This document shows, in pieces, positions 57,001-64,000 of a DNA stretch of 64,000 nt. The DNA lies in assembly GCA_964016885.1 (NCBI GenBank), contig OZ024742.1, positions 286,254,001-286,318,000 on the forward strand. The letters run 5' to 3'. This DNA comes from Eledone cirrhosa (Eukaryota). The translations under genes were made by a program, and so were the position numbers. Position 1 is the first letter of the stretch, and every line of letters starts with the position of its first letter. The notes beneath the pieces are model-generated. The model worked only from the letters and a program-made list of their open reading frames with translations, was not told where the DNA came from and ran no database searches.

Positions 57001-57900
57001 GGTGGTTGTAGTGGTTGTAGTGTTGGTGGTGGTGGTTGGTGTTAGTGGTGGTAGTGGTGTTGATGGTGGTGGTTGTAGTGGTTGTGGTTGTAGTGTTGGT
57101 GGTGGTGGTTGGTGTTAGTGGTGGTAGTGGTGTTGATGGTGGTGGTTGTAGTGGTGGTGGTTGTAGTGTTGGTGGTGGTGGTTGGTGTTAGTGGTGGTAG
57201 TGGTGTTGATGGTGGTGGTTGTAGTGGTGGTGGTTGTAGTGTTGGTGGTGGTGGTGTTGATAGTGGTGGTTGTAGTGGTTGTAGTGTTGGTGGTGGTGGT
57301 GGTGGTGTTAGTGGTGGTAGTGATGTTGATAGTGGTGGTTGTAGTGGTTGTGGTTGTAGTGTTGGTGGTGGTGGTGTCAGTGGTGGTAGTGGTGTTGATA
57401 GTGGTGGTTGTAGTGGTGGTGGTTATAGTGATGGCTCTGGTAGTCGTGATGGCTCTGGTAGTGGTGTTGTCAGCGATGGTGGTACTATTGGTGGTGGTGG
57501 TGGTGTTGATAGTGGTAGTGGTAGTGTTGGGGTAGTAGCGGTTGTAGTGATGGTGGTGGTAGTTGTGTTGATGGTGGAGATGGTGGTGTTGGTGGTGGTA
57601 GTGGTGGTGGTGGTGGTGGTGGTGGTTGTGGTTGTGGTGTTAGTGGTGGTGTTGATGGTGGGGGTGGTGGTGGTAGTGATGGTGGTTATAGTGGTGGTGT
57701 TGGTGGTGGTAGTGGTGTTGCTGGTGGTAGTGGTGTTGGTGGTGGCAGGTTGGAATGATGAAGGCAATGGTGGTATTGATGTTAGAGTTGGTGCAGCTGG
57801 TTGTGATGGCAATATGGTATTGGTGGTGGTAGTTGTATTAGTGGTTGATGAAAGTGGTGATGGTATTGGTGATGGTATTAGTGGTGGTGGCAGTAATGAT
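54050..57900. repeat. (GGT)n-derived satellite with higher-order units (73-bp period near 55.9-56.5 kb)
   Basis: ggttggtgttagtggtggtagtggtgttga at 55911, 55984, 56057. Confidence 0.9.
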
Positions 57901-58052
57901 GGGTATAGATGTTAAGTGTTGCAATCTCCTTTAAACGCCCTTCACTCCGGAAATGCCCCAATTTTTAAAAGTTACAATTTATTTCCAATTTCAAAACTAT
58001 TATTTTTTATCTAATATTATTTAGTTACTATTATTTTTACCCTTCTCAGCGG

Positions 58053-58455
58053 CAGAGAGTTACGTTCCTTTACGTTCTGAGTTCAAATCCCGCCAAAGTT
58101 AGCTTTGCCTTTCATCCTTCCGCGGACGATAAAATAAAGTACCAGTAACACGCTAGGGTTGATTTAATCAACTTCGCTCTCTCCCAGAAAATTTACTGAC
58201 CTTGTGTCTAAATTAGAAATCGTTATTATTAGGTTTGAGGATTGGAAGTATCGGTAGAGTGTCGGACAATATGCTTTGTGCCATAGAGTTATGGCCCTTT
58301 ATGTTCTGAGTTCAAATCCCACTTAGGTCAGCTTTGCCTTTTATCTTTTCAGGGTCGATAAAATAAAGTACCAGTAATGCACTGGGGTGGATTTAATCGA
58401 CATTCACCTTCCCCAAATGGTTGGCATTGTGCCAAAAAATCAAAAACTATTATTT
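58053..58455 (+). mobile_element. Two tandem SINE copies (8667 family)
   Basis: gttcaaatccc..tttgccttt..gataaaataaagtaccagt occurs twice. Confidence 0.8.
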
Positions 58456-59247
58456 AACGCCAGGTGAAAGCGGTGGATTGGTAGTAATTGTTTTGTTTAG
58501 TTTTGTTTATTTATTTAATGTTTATTTACCTTACAGTCTTCAGGCAGGTGTATTTGATAGAGTTACATAATATATATTTAACGTTACAATCTTCGATGCT
58601 GGTATATTTGATGGTTTTACATAATGTATATTTAACGCACAATCTTAGAGTGTATTTGATGGCTTCACATAATGTATATTTAACGTACAGTCTTCAGGTG
58701 TATTTCATGGCTTCACAATCCTAAATAGTAATATTAAGAAGTACATATGGTTTGTAAACAGTTAGTAGTTTTATCAGTCAAAAGAGACTTCTGATTCTGA
58801 AATGAATACCAAGCTATTACTATAAAGTAATGTCTTTTAACAATTTATTTTTCTTCTGAATTCCACTCACTTTACTAGTTCAACATACTGATTTCTCCTA
58901 CATAAGACAAGTAAAAGATTCGTCTTATATACAATAGTTTATAGCATAACATTAACAGATCTATTTTAATTTTACATTAGTAATCGTGTCTGCAGTGCAA
59001 TGTTTTGCGTAATACCAACAGCTATGATATATATATATACGTACGAGGGTGTGCTGAAAAGTTCCTGTCTTTAAGTGTATCACGAAAGAGATGAGCCGTT
59101 ATTTTTACAAGGGAGGTAATTGTGTGCGTCTCAGAGGGGAATATGTTGAATAAAATCAAAACCCGCCGAGGTCAACGTTGCTTTTCATCCTTTCGAGGTC
59201 AATAAAAAAAATTACCAGTTCAATACGGATCTCTTTCACTTCCTCTC

Positions 59248-59320
<73 letters not shown>

Positions 59321-59912
59321 CATATATATGCATACGCACAATCTCACTCTCTCTTTCTTTCTCTAGAGAAAAATCAGCTGTATTCAGAACTAGCGAGGAG
59401 ATAGGTTCCGCCAGGTTTAACGTACCAAGGGCTCCCATACAATTTCATCAGGAGTTACAGCTCCATACAAATATTGTCTTGTCATGTATGTTTAGTTTCG
59501 CTTGGAAATATTCGTGAATTTTCTCTCACTTAAACTGTATAGGATTTCTGTTTTTGTTTTTTTTTAGAATTATCTTCTAAAAGGAATCCAGGCCTCAAGT
59601 GGTGTTCGAAATCTTCAAAGTACCACGGTTTTTTTCTTCTTCTTCTTCTTCTTCTTCTTCTTCTTCTTCTTCTTCTTCTTCTTCTTCTTCTTCTTCTTCT
59701 TCTTCTCCTTCTTCTTCTCCAATATCGTAGTATTTAACCCATTTCCTGCTGCTATTCATTCCATTAGCTATTAATGAGATTCTTAGCTGTTAAGTCTATA
59801 TTACTAATAAGTACATTTTCTGTTTCATCCCTACACTTCCTTTATATACATGCACACATCCTGCACACTCTTATACACACTTAGACACTCCATATGCACT
59901 ACCATACACGGG

Positions 59913-59956
<44 letters not shown>

Positions 59957-59959
<3 letters not shown>

Positions 59960-60054
59960 GGTGTCCCCAAAAACTGTATACACACTTTGATTACCTGTAG
60001 AGGCAATATATATTAGAATTCTGTTGAAGTGTATATACATTTTTTCGACACCCT
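59957..60054. mobile_element. Tc1/mariner-type MITE (~100 bp)
   Basis: TA|cagggtgtcc..gacaccctat|A terminal inverted repeats. Confidence 0.7.
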
Positions 60055-60385
60055 ATATGTGTAACAGAAGTTGCAGCTGCGAGTAGCAGATTCACAATCG
60101 ATTTTCGAAGGCTGTTACAAAGCACTCAATGAGAGTGTAATCAACATAAGTTAGGTAATAGTGACACAATATATATATATATATATATAGTAATAATAAT
60201 AAATTAGAAGACTAAAATCCAAAGAGGGCTCGATAAGTATATATATTACTTTAATAAATATATATATATATTGTGTGTGTGTGTGTGTGTGTGTGTGTAT
60301 AAAAGGTAAACAGAAATAACAACACAATCGGTACAGTATATGGAAGGTATATATTAGGTTAACGCTTGATATAGCAGGAAGAGGG

Positions 60386-60421
60386 TCTTAACGTTTCGGA
60401 CGCTAGTCCTTCATCAGAAGA
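60386..60421 (-). ncRNA. Minimal type I hammerhead ribozyme (truncated copy at 42658-42686)
   Basis: tctt CTGATGA a ggac tagc gtcc GAAA cg TT aaga. Confidence 0.88.
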
Positions 60422-60633
60422 AAGCATGAGAAATAAAATAGATTAAGGGGACGGGCAGGATGGAATTGGAAAAAATGTCTTTAGATAAAAATAATAGATC
60501 CATTCATGTTGACATCTCTTGCAAAACTGTTGGTGATGGCGTTTTGTTTATGATTTGTTTTTTAGAAAAGTGGATGATGGCGCGTCTACCTGAAATGGAA
60601 AAAAAACGTTTTGTAAAAAGAGCTATACTTGAG

Positions 60634-60672
<39 letters not shown>

Positions 60673-60874
60673 TATGTATATATATATGTTTATATGTATA
60701 TATGTACACACAACTGCATACCCCCCACACATGCACACTCGGTTTGCACTTTTACATGTAACTGTACATAACTTTACACTCATCTACACAAATGCACACA
60801 TCATGCACATACTTACACATACCTACACACCTCATATACACAACAGCACATGGTTATATATACGTATACACAAC

Positions 60875-60922
<48 letters not shown>

Positions 60923-61294
60923 TACATGCATACATACATACACACACAGTTGTACTTTTACATACAACTGTACACAACTTTACACACATGTAGACAGCTG
61001 CAAACAACTACACAACCACGTACACGAAGTCTTACAGCGGATCACAACTGCAACCATATGCACTTATGCATATAAATGCACATAACTGCAATATGGACAC
61101 AACTGCATATACTTGTGCCTCGTTCTCCCTTATTACATCTTTTACTCTCTTTTATTACCTACATTCTAATGTGTGTAACTGAATATTGGTCATTCATCTA
61201 GATCCATAGCAACTTTTAACACCCTAGCTAGTCCGTCTTGGAAAGTACAAAACTACTTTGACTGTATCACATTCAAAATTATGTCTTTACTCTA

Positions 61295-61490
61295 ATATTT
61301 GTTTCTGATTCAGGGACAAAGCCGACAATTTTGGTGGAGGGGATAGTCGACCCGAGTGCATTACTGATATTTTATTTTATCAACTCCGTAAGGATGAAGC
61401 GCAAAGCTAACTTCGGCGGAATTTGAACTCAGAGCGTAAATGGCCGTAACTCTATAACGGAAAGCATATTGTCGCTTCACCGATACTACT
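61295..61490 (-). mobile_element. SINE (8667 family); further copies near 45430-45550, 62808-62900 and 63190-63350
   Basis: ggatgaagcgcaaagctaacttcggcggaatttgaactcag on the + strand. Confidence 0.75.
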
Positions 61491-63818
61491 TTACTCTAAT
61501 ATTGTAACATTTTACAAAGATCTGTTTACAAATAAAGCTGCTGTAAACATTTGAATTAACAAACCAGTTTTTAAATATTTTCTGCTAAATCATCATACGA
61601 TGTTAAGGATTAAGACCTATTCACCCATTTATCTAGATCTAAATTACTAAATAATTTTTTATTTCAGGTTACCTTAAGCTATGTTGCTTTCCTTATTATT
61701 TTATCATCTTATTTTTAGAGCCCTCCATATTTTACATATTCTGTCATAAGATATTAAATCTTTTTTCATAATTCGAGCATGACTTCTCTAACTTCACATT
61801 CAAAGAGTAACTATTCGTCTGCCTGTCACGTCTTTATGTAGTTCAGATCTGTTGCCGCTATAGCAATACTATAAAACATAATATACTCTTGTTTCTTTCT
61901 TTCTCTATCATCATATCAACTATTATTTTTTCTTACAACTTATTCTTATCGTTTAAATAAGATATTCATCAGTATTCTCGTCATAATTTTATGCAACATA
62001 TCCACGTCAATAGGCGTCATTTTACTTTGGTCCATTCGTTTTACTTTTTGAACGATAGAATCTATTTCATATTTTATATATTTGGTTATAATAATTAAAA
62101 TTTATTTTTCAAGGTTTTTGATATGAAATCGTGTGTTGAAACAAATATTAAATTGTGCCAAACCATTATGCTGGTTTGAGAGCTGATGAGGGTGTAGATG
62201 TGTGTAAACTTGTCTTGTATTATACATCACCTTTATTTATTTCCTTCTTCCAGTCACTTCTGTGCGCCAGCAGACTTATCCTTGTCTTCCTCCTCTTCCA
62301 GTCTTTTCTATAATTCATCTGTCTGTCACCCACCTTGTGGATTGTCTCTCTGTTGACCACTGGCCGCTGGTTTTTGTCCTCTGAGGCATTTTTGGCCATT
62401 GCTGTCTTTGACAGCACTTAGCTGCTTTAACGGCTGTTCTAGTGATGAGTTTTCTCATTTTTATATGTATTTAAATATTGTTATATTTGAGTAGGGTCAT
62501 GCTGTTCTAATAGATTAATATTTATATTTTGAACTGTTTGTCAATCAATGATAAATATTGATTACCAGCTACATTATTTTTATAGATATACTGAAGAGAA
62601 AGCCAAACCAAACAGTGTGTTTTACTATTTTTTGGCAATATTAGGACAACATGACCCTCCCTAAATATAACAATTAACATTCAACTCTAGACCCGTATTT
62701 AAACTATTTCATTATTGATTTCTTAGTAAAGAAAAGCATAAAAATCAAAAACATCAATCTTAAATGAATCTCTTTAGTATTTCAAGCCATCATTTATAGT
62801 GAATTCAATAATTGTTTCTACTTTTGGCACAAGGCCAGCAATTAACCAGTACATTACTGGTACTTTATTTTATCGACCCCGTATGGATGAAAGGCAAAGT
62901 GAATTCAATAATGCGTATTGATGATCATCATGTATTCGGTGGAGAAAGCAATAGCCAGAAGACGCCTACAATATTATAGACCCAATGTATCTTTCACTTT
63001 CCTTAATCGATACGTATGGACCCTAACACGGTGTGTCTTGAGCATTTTAAACCTGACGGAGCCCATCTCCTCCCCAGGTCTGAACATAGCCGATTTCTTC
63101 CAGAGAAGGAGAAGGGAAAGAGAGGGTGAGAGAGAGACAGAAAGAGAAAGAGAGTGAGTAATAGAAAGGAAGTGAGAAAAATCGATATAGAATAATCGGT
63201 CCCAGTACTGGAATGGTACTGTTTTTATCGACCTATAAAGGCTGAAAAGCAAAGTTGACCTTGGAATGATTTGAACACAGATCACAGAGAACCAAAAGGA
63301 ATACCGCAAATTATTCTACCTGACGTTTTAATGACTCTACCAATTCACTGACACCTTATACAAAATAAACAAACTGAAATATAGCTGCAAGTAAATCATA
63401 GTGAAACATAGTGAAGATTGCTGAACATACATAGAAAAAATATTCTGTAACTTTCAGTAAACACAGGCATGGCCGTGTAATTATAAGACGTTCTCTTTAC
63501 AGGAGTCCCAGTGCGATGCATTTTGAGCAAGTGTTTTCTACTATAATATCAGATTGTGAGTGAAATTTGGTGGACGAAAACTGCACGAAAGCACTTCGTA
63601 TATACACACACATATTACATATATTACACACACACATATATATATATATGTATATATATATATACGTGTGTGTTTGTGTGTGTGAGAATGTGTGTGCTCT
63701 TACATGCCTATGTGTTTATGTTTATCTGTTTATATATTATTCATTTTATTAAGGTTAAATAGTAAGTTTTGTTACTCTGGATCTATCACAGAGTCATCTT
63801 CATCATATATATAAATAA

Positions 63819-63863
<45 letters not shown>

Positions 63864-64000
63864 CTACATGATTAGAACTGTTTTATTCATTTTAAACGAC
63901 CAAGAAAAATCCATATATGGGGTGGGGCGTGTGTGTACATATACACACACAAAATAGAATCACGATACACAATATCATAACCATTTTGATGTGAGTGGAA

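Overview
Eukaryotic, very AT-rich, microsatellite-saturated non-genic DNA; the SINE types suggest an octopod cephalopod (inference). No host gene is supportable, and almost all tracked ORFs are (TA)n/(CA)n/(GGT)n artefacts. The window is dominated by Penelope-like retroelements (PLEs). These comprise one near-full-length Naiad-type RT+GIY-YIG element (about 28924-36131, ORF 34771->32336 with two internal stops) with inverted pseudo-LTRs, four further GIY-YIG 3' fragments, and many short pLTR pieces, mostly abutting (TA)n tracts and often in inverted pairs. Reading by eye finds about 20 type I hammerhead ribozyme (HHR) motifs from more than 12 different families. They include core variants (UUGAGAA, CAGAAGA), a recurrent U-U at the base of helix II, and one HHR with a 114-nt helix II built from microsatellite-like sequence. 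Also present are RTE, CRE-like and Vingi-like LINE fragments (one with a 22x perfect in-frame 42-bp expansion), a non-autonomous Helitron, Tc1/mariner MITEs, tRNA-derived SINEs and several minisatellites. All calls are from manual reading; no searches or folding programs were run.
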